Shown piece by piece: positions 50,142 to 58,878 of a DNA stretch of 59,217 bases. The notes below the pieces were generated by a model. The model ran no database searches, had not been told where the DNA came from, and worked only from the letters and a program-made list of their open reading frames with translations. The stretch's first letter is position 1. The number at the start of each line of letters is the position of its first letter. The stretch is from Candidatus Woesearchaeota archaeon (lineage in GTDB: Archaea; Nanobdellota; Nanobdellia; Woesearchaeales; GW2011-AR9): assembly GCA_043797205.1 (NCBI GenBank), contig JAZDQB010000014.1:1-59217 (forward strand), read 5' to 3'. Both the position numbers and the translations under genes were made by a program.

Positions 50142-52874
50142 ATGAAGAAAAAGAGTGTTAGAATTACGAGAAGAGGTGTTTTTCATAGAAAGAAGACTCT
50201 TCCTCCGCATTCTTGGGAACCACATCCTTTAGCACATAAAGGGGAAGCGAATAAGGCTTTTATAATTATTGCCGTAGCGATTATCGCTTTAGTGGCTCTT
50301 TCCTTACTGCTGTTTTTTGGAAAACAATTTGTGGGGCAAGCGATTACTTTTGATGTGACAGGGGCAAATCAAGCCGGAATATTTATTTATGAGGGAAGTT
50401 TTGGGACAGTGGGCAGTTCTTTTACTCTTCCGATAAAAGCTAACTTAGGAGGGCAAAAATCTGTTGCTCTTAAGTTCAATTTAACTTATGACAATAGTCT
50501 AACTATCGATTGCAGTAAGATTTCTTCAGAGTTGGATAAAAAATTTGTGATAAGCGGTAATTCTTTGGTTGTAACTAATACTTCTACTTGTGCTAACGGA
50601 AAGATCACTTTTGAATATGCGGGATTGTGTAAAGACGATACTTGTAGTAATGCTCTGACGGGAGATATGATTTTAGCGAATATTACTTTTACTGCCAGCG
50701 CTTCCAAGGATTACTACTTTAATTTCACTTTGTTGGAAGTGTATAACTTATCTGGAGAGAATATTATTTTATCGGTACAGAATGCGAAATTATACCTCCA
50801 CGGCGGGGATAGAAAGTGTACCAATACTGGCTTTCAATGGTGTGAATATGCTAATAATTTTTCTACTTGCACTAATGGACAATGGAGTATGCCTATTGGT
50901 TGTCCGATAAATACTAGTTGTACCGTCGGAAGTAATACCTCGGATCAAATTGATACAGTGTGTAAATGTAATAATTGGGCGACGAATCCTCCTGCTTGTG
51001 ATAAGTGTCAGAGTTTTCCCTCACCACCTCCACCAGGAGGAAAATGTGGAGATATTGCTTGTAATACTTCTGGAGTTACTTGTAGCAGTAATGGTAAGAA
51101 TGTGATAAACTGTTCTATCGGTTCGAGTGGAATACTTGTCAATACTTATACCGATTGCTGGGCACAAAATAAAACCTGCAAGAATGGGGCTTGTGTAGCG
51201 GAATGTTCTCCAGTCGGCACCACTTGCAGCTCCGATCAATATTCTATTTTGACTTGTTCTCAAGACGGAAAGTTAACTTCATTTGAGTGTAATCCAGCCG
51301 AAGGTTTAACTTGCAAGGAGGGTCAATGTGTCAGTACTAATCCTACTTCCAAAAACTGTACTTCTGATCGGAAAGTTTACGAGAAGATGGATACCGCTCC
51401 TACTGACCTAACTCTTGTCGACGGAAAAGTGGGCAAGGCCCTTCAGTTTGATGGAAGCAGTAATAAAATTGTTACCACTGCTATTGAACTTGGAGATTCT
51501 ATCACTTTCGAAGCTTGGATTAAATTGGAGGCGAAAGCCGGAAAAAATGCTAGTGATTGGAAGTACAATCAAGGAATAATTTCTCAATATATAAACGGGA
51601 ATTATATTTTAGATGCTAGTGCCGATGGAAAAACTCTTCAATTTTATGATACTGCTAATGATTGGGTTACAGTAGCCGATGCTAATCTTGCTGGTGCTTG
51701 GCATCACGTTGCGGTTACTCGCGATGCTGCTAATGTAAAGATTTTTATTGACGGAACCGAAAGAATAACTAACAAATCTTCCGGTGCTAATAAAGGTACT
51801 ACTAATCCGGTTAAAATAGGTTATACTGGAAATTATAATCGATACTTTAAAGGCAGCATGGACGAAGTGGCAGTTTATAGTCGTACTTTGAATTCTACTG
51901 AAATTAAGGAACATTATGAATCTACTCAGGACGGAACTAAAAATTATTGTAAGGAAGGAATAAATATTCAAGGTAGTTGCACTGATAAAGATGGTGACGG
52001 TTATCCTCTTTCTCCTTGTTCGGGTAATACTAAAGCCTCTGATTGCAACGATAGCGATCCGAAGGTCTGGAAAAGTATGACTGGTTACTCTGATGGCGAT
52101 CAGGACGGGAAAGGAAAATTCTCAGCGGAAGCAAAAGTATTCTGTACTAACGGGACTTTGCCTCAGGATTATGCTCCTAATAATGACGATTGCTTTGATA
52201 CGGACCAACAAAAAGTTTGTGATCCGGGAAAGAAATGCACTGCTGATAATATTTGTAATTGGGATTGCGGCAGTGGATGTTTGGTGGGAAATACCCGCTG
52301 TAAAGTGGGTTGGGAAAATATTCGGGAAGAATGTATAGAGACACAACATCTCTGCCAAGTGTGGATGCAATCAACATGTGCTGAAGGCTTGGTTTGTAAA
52401 AAAACTTCTAGTTCTACGGCAGTTTGTAAATCTGTTCTAGATTGCGCTTCTAATGCCGAATGTAAAAGCGGATTATGCCAAAATAATCGTTGTGTTCCGT
52501 TCCAATCCAGTGGAGAGAATATCTCTGTAGTTATTCTTAATCGAGATAATAATCTTCAAGTTCAAACTAACACTGGGTTGAACAATGGAGAAGAATATAT
52601 CATTATCGTGCAAGTGCGTCCGCAAATAACTCTTAAAGAAGGACATATCGTTTCCGTTTCCGTCAGCTATCTAAACCAATCTCAAGTGACAAGATATTGG
52701 GTGATGGAACCGACTTTAGCAGCAGGTGAAATGGAAGTGGTCGCTTTTAATCATAAAGTTCCCGAGTATGGAAAAGCGTGGGGAAACATGACTATTACTG
52801 CTTACGTGTGGGAATACTGGTCTAAAGATAATGTTAACTTACTACCAAAATTAGAGGTAAAATATGTTATTTAA
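50142..52874 (+). CDS. 910-aa surface protein with leader, cohesin-like module, Cys-rich repeats, LamG domain, DxDxDG-type Cys/Asp repeats and a C-terminal beta-sandwich
   Basis: The cohesin-like segments are FTLPIKANLGGQKSVALKFNLTYDNSLTI and GDMILANITFTASASKDYYFNF. The LamG domain (~51409-51921) carries ITFEAWIKL, WHHVAVTRD and FKGSMDEVAVYSRTL. DGDGYPLSPC..DCNDSDP and DGDQDGKG motifs are also present. Confidence 0.6.
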   Translation: MKKKSVRITRRGVFHRKKTLPPHSWEPHPLAHKGEANKAFIIIAVAIIALVALSLLLFFGKQFVGQAITFDVTGANQAGIFIYEGSFGTVGSSFTLPIKANLGGQKSVALKFNLTYDNSLTIDCSKISSELDKKFVISGNSLVVTNTSTCANGKITFEYAGLCKDDTCSNALTGDMILANITFTASASKDYYFNFTLLEVYNLSGENIILSVQNAKLYLHGGDRKCTNTGFQWCEYANNFSTCTNGQWSMPIGCPINTSCTVGSNTSDQIDTVCKCNNWATNPPACDKCQSFPSPPPPGGKCGDIACNTSGVTCSSNGKNVINCSIGSSGILVNTYTDCWAQNKTCKNGACVAECSPVGTTCSSDQYSILTCSQDGKLTSFECNPAEGLTCKEGQCVSTNPTSKNCTSDRKVYEKMDTAPTDLTLVDGKVGKALQFDGSSNKIVTTAIELGDSITFEAWIKLEAKAGKNASDWKYNQGIISQYINGNYILDASADGKTLQFYDTANDWVTVADANLAGAWHHVAVTRDAANVKIFIDGTERITNKSSGANKGTTNPVKIGYTGNYNRYFKGSMDEVAVYSRTLNSTEIKEHYESTQDGTKNYCKEGINIQGSCTDKDGDGYPLSPCSGNTKASDCNDSDPKVWKSMTGYSDGDQDGKGKFSAEAKVFCTNGTLPQDYAPNNDDCFDTDQQKVCDPGKKCTADNICNWDCGSGCLVGNTRCKVGWENIREECIETQHLCQVWMQSTCAEGLVCKKTSSSTAVCKSVLDCASNAECKSGLCQNNRCVPFQSSGENISVVILNRDNNLQVQTNTGLNNGEEYIIIVQVRPQITLKEGHIVSVSVSYLNQSQVTRYWVMEPTLAAGEMEVVAFNHKVPEYGKAWGNMTITAYVWEYWSKDNVNLLPKLEVKYVI

Positions 52875-54039
52875 TAAATTGATTTTAATGGTACTGCTCT
52901 TGCCAACTTTAGTTTTAGCGGCTACTACTGTTTTTACAGACGAGAGCAGTTATTCGATAGAAGAGTATGCTCTAATCACCGGAACATGTTCTAAAGAGGG
53001 AGCAGTGGGATTGCAAGTTTCTTTAAGTGATAATATTGTGTGGCTGGAACAAGTGCAAACTATCGATCAAGAATTTGAAGCCAATTTTATTCCTACCGTA
53101 GAAGGTAATTATACTTTATTAGCAGCTTGTGATGGCGATAAGGCTCAGAAAGTAGGTTTCTGTTATGGAAATTGTGCTGGTGGTAATGGAACCATTATTC
53201 CTCTGGCTAACGATACTAAGAAAAATCAAACCGGAACCTATTGTGGAGATGGAACTTGTCAGAGTAATGAGTCTGTTACTAGCTGTCCGGCTGATTGTAA
53301 AGTAACTCCTCCTGTAGTTGATGGAGGAACTCCTCCTAGTGGCGGCAGTAGTGGCAGTGGAAGAAGTTGTACTTCTTCTTGGAACTGCGGAACATGGAAT
53401 TATTGTGGTCCTTCTTTAAAACAAACTAGAATCTGTAATGATGAAAAGGGTTGCGAGAAGAGCCGTACGGAAGAAAAAGCGTGCACCAAGTGTGAAGAAT
53501 CGTGGGTGTGCTCGGGATGGTCAGAATGCGTTTCTGACGAGCAGGTAAGAGCCTGTTATGACGAACATAAATGTGGTTCTACTGTTCTGAAACCGAGCTT
53601 GAGAAAGTTCTGTCAAGCTAGTTATGTTTCCGGTCCGGCTCCGGCGTACGTCTCGCCACAAATACCTGCTCCCACTTATTATCCGGCCAGCCAGCCCGAG
53701 CCCACTTATACTCCTCCGGCAGAATCTAAATTAGATGCGTTAAAGCCCACTAAAGCGGCAGTTCCTTTCTCCTTCAGTAAGTTCTGGAACGATTACCAGA
53801 TATACTTCTTAGGATTAGGAGCATTGATCATAGCGATAATCATTGTTGTGGTGTTAGTAGCACATTTGGCTAAACCACAACAAAAAGTGTATAATTTAGA
53901 AGAGTTGAAAGAATGGATTGTTAAAGAACGACAGATGGGTACGAATGATACTCAAATCAGGCAGATTCTGGCTCAGAATACCGGCTGGGATGCCGAAGAG
54001 ATCAGCGCTGCTTTCAGCGAATTAAAGGAAAGAGGATAA
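52864..54039 (+). CDS. type I membrane protein with a Cys-rich ectodomain, a P-rich stalk, a TM anchor and a short cytoplasmic helical tail
   Basis: It has a signal peptide (LLLPTLVLAATT), a YCGDGTCQSNESVTSCPADC motif, the TM IYFLGLGALIIAIIIVVVLVAHL and the tail GTNDTQIRQILAQNTGWDAEEISAAFSEL. Confidence 0.6.
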   Translation: MLFNKLILMVLLLPTLVLAATTVFTDESSYSIEEYALITGTCSKEGAVGLQVSLSDNIVWLEQVQTIDQEFEANFIPTVEGNYTLLAACDGDKAQKVGFCYGNCAGGNGTIIPLANDTKKNQTGTYCGDGTCQSNESVTSCPADCKVTPPVVDGGTPPSGGSSGSGRSCTSSWNCGTWNYCGPSLKQTRICNDEKGCEKSRTEEKACTKCEESWVCSGWSECVSDEQVRACYDEHKCGSTVLKPSLRKFCQASYVSGPAPAYVSPQIPAPTYYPASQPEPTYTPPAESKLDALKPTKAAVPFSFSKFWNDYQIYFLGLGALIIAIIIVVVLVAHLAKPQQKVYNLEELKEWIVKERQMGTNDTQIRQILAQNTGWDAEEISAAFSELKERG

Positions 54040-54048
54040 ATATATAAA

Positions 54049-54909
54049 ATGGCCAAGAATACACCAAAACAAAAGATGGAAAAGGTAGAGGTTGACAAGC
54101 ACAAGATTTGGTTAATTCTGGCGATAGGTATAGCCGTGGTAGCGATAGCTTTCTTGTTATTATATTCTCCGGCGAGAGTAGGTGTGTTTGGAAAGGCGGT
54201 GAGTGTCGGAACCAGTTCTGATATTAAAGAGGGAATGACCTATTTATCTAAATTTACAGTTGATCGTATAACAATTAATTCTTCTGCTGTTGCTGGTACG
54301 TATACTTTATCTTTTGCTACAGGTAGATTTGGGTCCGTTACTGCTTCTCTTAAAGCATCTAATGGTAATATAATTTCAGAAATGAAATATAACCAGAATG
54401 ATTCTGTTTCTAGATCTAAACCTTTTGTTTTAAAATTGAACTATTTTAATTTATCTATCATTGGACCAATAACAGGAGAGTCTGTTAATGTTAGCCTTCT
54501 TCCTCGATGGTTAAATAATAAGACTATCACTCTTCAGGAAGTTTCTCCGGCTTGCGTTGTAGGATTTGTCAGCAGTTGTAGTAATGCTACTTCTTGCAAA
54601 AATGCAAGAGGTTATTGGTATGTGGATAAATGTTATAGTACTTGTCCTGCTGATACTACTCCCGGTAATGGTATTTGTACTGCTACCACTCCTACTGCTA
54701 CTTGCACCGCAGAACAGGAACTTGTTGGGGATACTTGCTTCTTAAGTGGAGATTTTAATAATGATAAGGTTGTAAATGAATCAGATTTTAGCGATCTTAC
54801 TAAAATTACAGAAAAAATAAACTCTTTGAAGTCCAACCTCCAAGAATTAAATAAGTACTTATGGGTTGTTTACCATAACTTTCAACCTAGTTCTGGAGGT
54901 GCACAATGA
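54049..54909 (+). CDS. leader-bearing surface protein with a single C-terminal dockerin-like EF-hand segment
   Basis: The leader VDKHKIWLILAIGIAVVAIAFLLLY closely resembles that of the 45733 protein. GDFNNDKVVNESDFSDL lies at ~54748-54801. Confidence 0.55.
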   Translation: MAKNTPKQKMEKVEVDKHKIWLILAIGIAVVAIAFLLLYSPARVGVFGKAVSVGTSSDIKEGMTYLSKFTVDRITINSSAVAGTYTLSFATGRFGSVTASLKASNGNIISEMKYNQNDSVSRSKPFVLKLNYFNLSIIGPITGESVNVSLLPRWLNNKTITLQEVSPACVVGFVSSCSNATSCKNARGYWYVDKCYSTCPADTTPGNGICTATTPTATCTAEQELVGDTCFLSGDFNNDKVVNESDFSDLTKITEKINSLKSNLQELNKYLWVVYHNFQPSSGGAQ

Positions 54910-56501
54910 GAAAAAAACCGACAGCAAATAAGCCACAACCAGTGATTACTCCGGCTATCCAGAATAAAAATAAAATCATTATTATCACTGTTATCTCTAT
55001 TGTATTAATATTAGGGTTAGTGCTGTTCTTAGTGAATAAACAGATGGTGGGGAAAGTGATTGAAGGAACTGATTATAATGCCACTCTTCTATCTCAAGCG
55101 GGTTCAGCTGGAATTCCAATCAAAGCGGCCCAAGTGTTGGCCGGAAGTGAGGATAATGTAGTAGTGGGAGCTAATCTTGGTCCTAGCGGAGATGGAATGG
55201 TATTTAGTTTCAATTTTACTTACCCTTCTAATTTGGTTAACTTTACCGGAATAAGCGAGAGTTTTACCGGGGTAACCTTTCCTCAAGCTGTGATTAACTT
55301 TGAGAAATCAGTCAATTCTGGAACGGGTACAGTTAAAGTAACTGGTGCTCTTATTCCCACCAAGACGTTAAGAAATTATTCAATCTCTGATTTTGGAGAT
55401 GGTAATGTGGTTGCTCTGGTGGCATTACATTTTAAAGCGGTTAATTTCAGTAACGATGCGAGTGGTAATGCTATAACAAAACCAGTCCGGATCCAATTCA
55501 CCGAGTTTACTATTCTTAATGAGACTGGTGGTAATATAGTAACTAAAAAGGTAGGTGCTACTTTCTCAATAGTTTCTAAATTGGCCGGTCTAACCGATAC
55601 GATTACGCCACCTGACGTCTGTAATAACACCATAGCTCCGGCAGGAATGGTGGGATATTGGGCTCTTAATGAAGGTAAGGGATTAATTGCGTATGATTCT
55701 TATGGTAGTAATAATGGAACCATTAATGGATTGCAATGGCAGTCTTTTGCTAGCGATGCAAACCGTATAGAACTTAATTTTAGTCAAAGCGGTTCAGTAA
55801 AGATTCCTGATTCTGACTCCTTAGATCTTACTGGAGATATGTCCATTGAATTATGGGTGAATCCCGGTGAGACGCAAAAACAATATGCCGATATCTTGAG
55901 TAAGCATACTCCGGGCGGATATGCAATTGAACAGAATGATAATAATGTTAATCAATATGCCTTTGGTTGGGCTATCGGTAAAGATCCTGACGTTTGGGCC
56001 AACGCCACTGGAACAGTGCAATTAACTGCTAACACTTGGCAGCATCTGGCTATTGTCAAAACAGGAGCTGATGTAACTTATTACCTTAATGGCGTAAAGA
56101 ACTTTAGTAGCACTGGTGCTGGAGAGAATATTGCTATAAACAATAATCCTCTTAAGTTAGGAGATTGGGCGGGTGGAAGTAATCGCCAATTTAACGGAAT
56201 GCTTAGTGATGTCGCTATCTACAGTCGTGCTTTAACTATAGATGAAGTGAAAGCTCACTATACTAGCAGTACAAAAGGGGAAGGATATTGTGTGGCAGGA
56301 ACGGGATTGTTAGGAGATGTGGATGGAATTGATGGGGTTACCATATTTGACGCTTTAGCTATAGTTGAAAGCATAAATGCAGGAACTACAGCTAATTTAC
56401 CTAGTGCAGCTAATGCTGATTGCAAAGATAATATAACTATTTTTGATGCATTGGCTATAGTAGAATCGATTAATATAAACATAGCTTTAAGCTGTGATTA
56501 A
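54906..56501 (+). CDS. leader-bearing surface protein with a cohesin-like module, a LamG domain and a C-terminal two-segment dockerin-like module
   Basis: The cohesin-like segments are MVFSFNFTYPSNLVNF and VALVALHFKAVNFSN. The LamG domain carries MSIELWVNPG, WQHLAIVKTG and FNGMLSDVAIYSRAL. The dockerin-like tail is annotated separately. Confidence 0.65.
   Translation: MRKKPTANKPQPVITPAIQNKNKIIIITVISIVLILGLVLFLVNKQMVGKVIEGTDYNATLLSQAGSAGIPIKAAQVLAGSEDNVVVGANLGPSGDGMVFSFNFTYPSNLVNFTGISESFTGVTFPQAVINFEKSVNSGTGTVKVTGALIPTKTLRNYSISDFGDGNVVALVALHFKAVNFSNDASGNAITKPVRIQFTEFTILNETGGNIVTKKVGATFSIVSKLAGLTDTITPPDVCNNTIAPAGMVGYWALNEGKGLIAYDSYGSNNGTINGLQWQSFASDANRIELNFSQSGSVKIPDSDSLDLTGDMSIELWVNPGETQKQYADILSKHTPGGYAIEQNDNNVNQYAFGWAIGKDPDVWANATGTVQLTANTWQHLAIVKTGADVTYYLNGVKNFSSTGAGENIAINNNPLKLGDWAGGSNRQFNGMLSDVAIYSRALTIDEVKAHYTSSTKGEGYCVAGTGLLGDVDGIDGVTIFDALAIVESINAGTTANLPSAANADCKDNITIFDALAIVESININIALSCD
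56307..56498 (+). other. two-segment dockerin-like module (domain-level annotation)
   Basis: LLGDVDGIDGVTIFDALAIVESI and ADCKDNITIFDALAIVESI are separated by a 15-aa linker. This is an EF-hand-like D/N ladder followed by a helix, duplicated. Confidence 0.6.
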
Positions 56502-56512
56502 AGGTGATAAAA

Positions 56513-57325
56513 ATGAAAATTACTATAATTAAATCTTGGAAATTAATGTTGGTTTTGCTTTTGATTTTGTTGCTCTCGTCTTCAGCAGCCCTTGCGTTGA
56601 AAATTAACGTTAAGTGTCCTACGTCAGCATCTGTTGGTTCGGCTGTTGATTGTACTCTTGAAGCAGATAGCAGTTTAGTTGCACCTTTTGGGGTACAGTT
56701 TAAGATAAATGCGCCCGGATTTATAGCAGGCACTCCTTTCTTTGCGGGTAATTCACCCATCGGCGATGTGCCAAATGTGGGATTAGATAAAGACATTGCT
56801 CTGCTTGCTTTAAGTCCTCCAAATCTTAAACTTGCTACTATCAAACTAATTGCCGGTAATGTTGCAGGAAGTTATGTTATTTCAATACAAAATTTAGCCG
56901 GTAAAAGTGGAACTACTGTTTTAGGTGGTGGTGATACCACTTCTGCGACCATAACAGTTACCACTGGTTGTATTCCTAAAGAATGTGTTTACCAAGACTA
57001 CGCTGGTGGGATCAAAGATTGTGGAATTAAAGATGATGGTTGTGGTGGAACAATCAATTGTAATTTTCAGAAGTACACAGGTGGTTTAGAATGTCCGAAC
57101 GGACTTGCCTGTAAGAATAATGCTTGTGTCCCCTCTGGAGGAGATGGTGAAGAAACTACTGATGATGAACAAGGACTGTTTGATAAGATTACTGAATATT
57201 TAGCAGCATTGAGAGCTCAAGTTATAACTGAAAAAGGTGCAGATGCTACTCCTACCGTAATGCAAAAGCTAACGGCTATCGCTCGGGCCATTAAAGAATC
57301 TAATCCCTTCCATCAAAATACTTAA
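56513..57325 (+). CDS. secreted protein with an N-terminal cohesin-like module, a Cys-rich segment and an acidic helical tail
   Basis: The start was moved to the ATG at 56513, after the AAGGTGAT SD. The signal peptide ends SSSAALA. Cohesin-like segments are VGSAVDCTLEADSSLVAPFGVQFKINAPGF and LKLATIKLIAGNVAGSYVISI. Confidence 0.5.
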   Translation: MKITIIKSWKLMLVLLLILLLSSSAALALKINVKCPTSASVGSAVDCTLEADSSLVAPFGVQFKINAPGFIAGTPFFAGNSPIGDVPNVGLDKDIALLALSPPNLKLATIKLIAGNVAGSYVISIQNLAGKSGTTVLGGGDTTSATITVTTGCIPKECVYQDYAGGIKDCGIKDDGCGGTINCNFQKYTGGLECPNGLACKNNACVPSGGDGEETTDDEQGLFDKITEYLAALRAQVITEKGADATPTVMQKLTAIARAIKESNPFHQNT

Positions 57326-57326
57326 G

Positions 57327-58262
57327 ATGTTTTCCCAACCTAAACTAAAACAAGGACAAGTAAGTAAGACCGTAGTGATAGCTATAATCGTAATCGTCTT
57401 GCTCCTCGCTTTAGTGTGGTTCTTCTGGGGAAAACAACTGGTGGGAAAAGCGATTGAAATTCCGAATGCCGCCGGTTTCTCTCCCGTTGGCACTTTCATT
57501 ACCGGAAAAAATATTACTTTAACCGTCAGCGCCAATATCGGCACTGCTCAAACTTTGGGCGCAGAATTTAATCTAACCCTGCCAAATGGAGTAAATTGTA
57601 ATAAGATCGAAGTTAAATCGTTGCTGGCAGAAGTAGAGAATCTTACCTTAGCTAATGATACTATCTGTAAAGGCAATCAACTATTCTTCCGTCATTTTAA
57701 TTTGTTCGCTTATGATGAACACGGAGAACCAGTAATAAACTTTAAAACCGAACAATTTGATATCGCTCGAATTACTATTAAAGATGGTCTCGATCCCGGA
57801 AACTATTTCTTTAACTTTTCCTACTTTGAAATTGTAGATTTTGAGGATTATAAAAATTTAGTAACCACCATCGTTCCTATAGGAATTAAAGTTACTGGAG
57901 AAGGAGGAGAGATTTTCATCAAAGCCACGTCTAAAGAAGACAGTAAAGTGGCTACGACTGAAGTAAAACCAAAAGAATATACTATTACTACCACTATTAA
58001 TCCTTTAAGCGATCTTCCCGCCAATCATCTGGTTTTAGTTACCATCAACGTAAAGGGAGTACAGAAAGCCCAGTTCTGGCACACTCTTTCCGCTTTGGCT
58101 AAAGGTAATTCAGAAACCGTCTCTTTCGATTACACTTTCCCGGCTAAAGGTCCAGTGGCCATCAAAGCGATGGTGTGGAAGAATCTTCTATTATATAACA
58201 CTACTTGGGATAGTTTAATCACTCCAGCGGCAGAGAAAGAGTATACGGTTTCAAACGAATAG
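57327..58262 (+). CDS. leader-bearing surface protein with a cohesin-like module and a C-terminal beta-sandwich
   Basis: The leader ends FWGKQLVGKAIEI. Cohesin-like segments are ITLTVSANIGTAQTLGAEFNLTLPNGVNCNKIEV and FDIARITIKDGLDPGNYFFNFSYFEIVDF. Confidence 0.5.
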   Translation: MFSQPKLKQGQVSKTVVIAIIVIVLLLALVWFFWGKQLVGKAIEIPNAAGFSPVGTFITGKNITLTVSANIGTAQTLGAEFNLTLPNGVNCNKIEVKSLLAEVENLTLANDTICKGNQLFFRHFNLFAYDEHGEPVINFKTEQFDIARITIKDGLDPGNYFFNFSYFEIVDFEDYKNLVTTIVPIGIKVTGEGGEIFIKATSKEDSKVATTEVKPKEYTITTTINPLSDLPANHLVLVTINVKGVQKAQFWHTLSALAKGNSETVSFDYTFPAKGPVAIKAMVWKNLLLYNTTWDSLITPAAEKEYTVSNE

Positions 58263-58263
58263 T

Positions 58264-58878
58264 TTATTCCAATTCTTTTAGTTTTTTTATTTTAACCGTT
58301 ATCTTATACTTTTTGAATAGTTGGTGAAATAAAAGCGAGTTTTCTAGGGGAACAACGATACTCCCTTTCCCCAGCCGTTCTCCGTTATATTTCTGCATCA
58401 GTCCGAAGTAAAATTTACCTTTCTGCTTATATCCAAATAATTGTTTATTAAAAAGCACTCTAATTGAATTAGGATGAATGTTCTCCCAAGCAAATAATAC
58501 TTTTGATTTCCCTTTAAATTCCGCTTGATACTTTCCAAAAAGAATTATGCCATTGGAAATGATGCTAGAATGTAATTCTTTCCAGTCCTTTAGTTTTCCG
58601 ACAATTACTTTAATTTCATTTTCTATCCCTAGGGGTTTCCAATAATTTTGTTGTTTGGAAGATTCTAAAAACAAGTTGAGTATCTTTTTTATCTCTTGAT
58701 CTAACTCTTTCTCATTTTTTAGCACATCAACAAATAAATCAATGTCGCTTCCTTTGGAAGATTCTTCTCTAGCTACGCTACCATAAAGAACGATGTTTTT
58801 GATGTTATTCTTGTCTTTTGTCTTTTGAATCAAAAAGGAAACAAAATCCGTGGCGTAAGCGATAAGTTTAGAGCTCAT
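58264..58878 (-). CDS. nucleotidyltransferase domain protein (204 aa)
   Basis: IVLYGSVAREESSKGSDIDLFVDV. Confidence 0.7.
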   Translation of the reverse strand: MSSKLIAYATDFVSFLIQKTKDKNNIKNIVLYGSVAREESSKGSDIDLFVDVLKNEKELDQEIKKILNLFLESSKQQNYWKPLGIENEIKVIVGKLKDWKELHSSIISNGIILFGKYQAEFKGKSKVLFAWENIHPNSIRVLFNKQLFGYKQKGKFYFGLMQKYNGERLGKGSIVVPLENSLLFHQLFKKYKITVKIKKLKELE

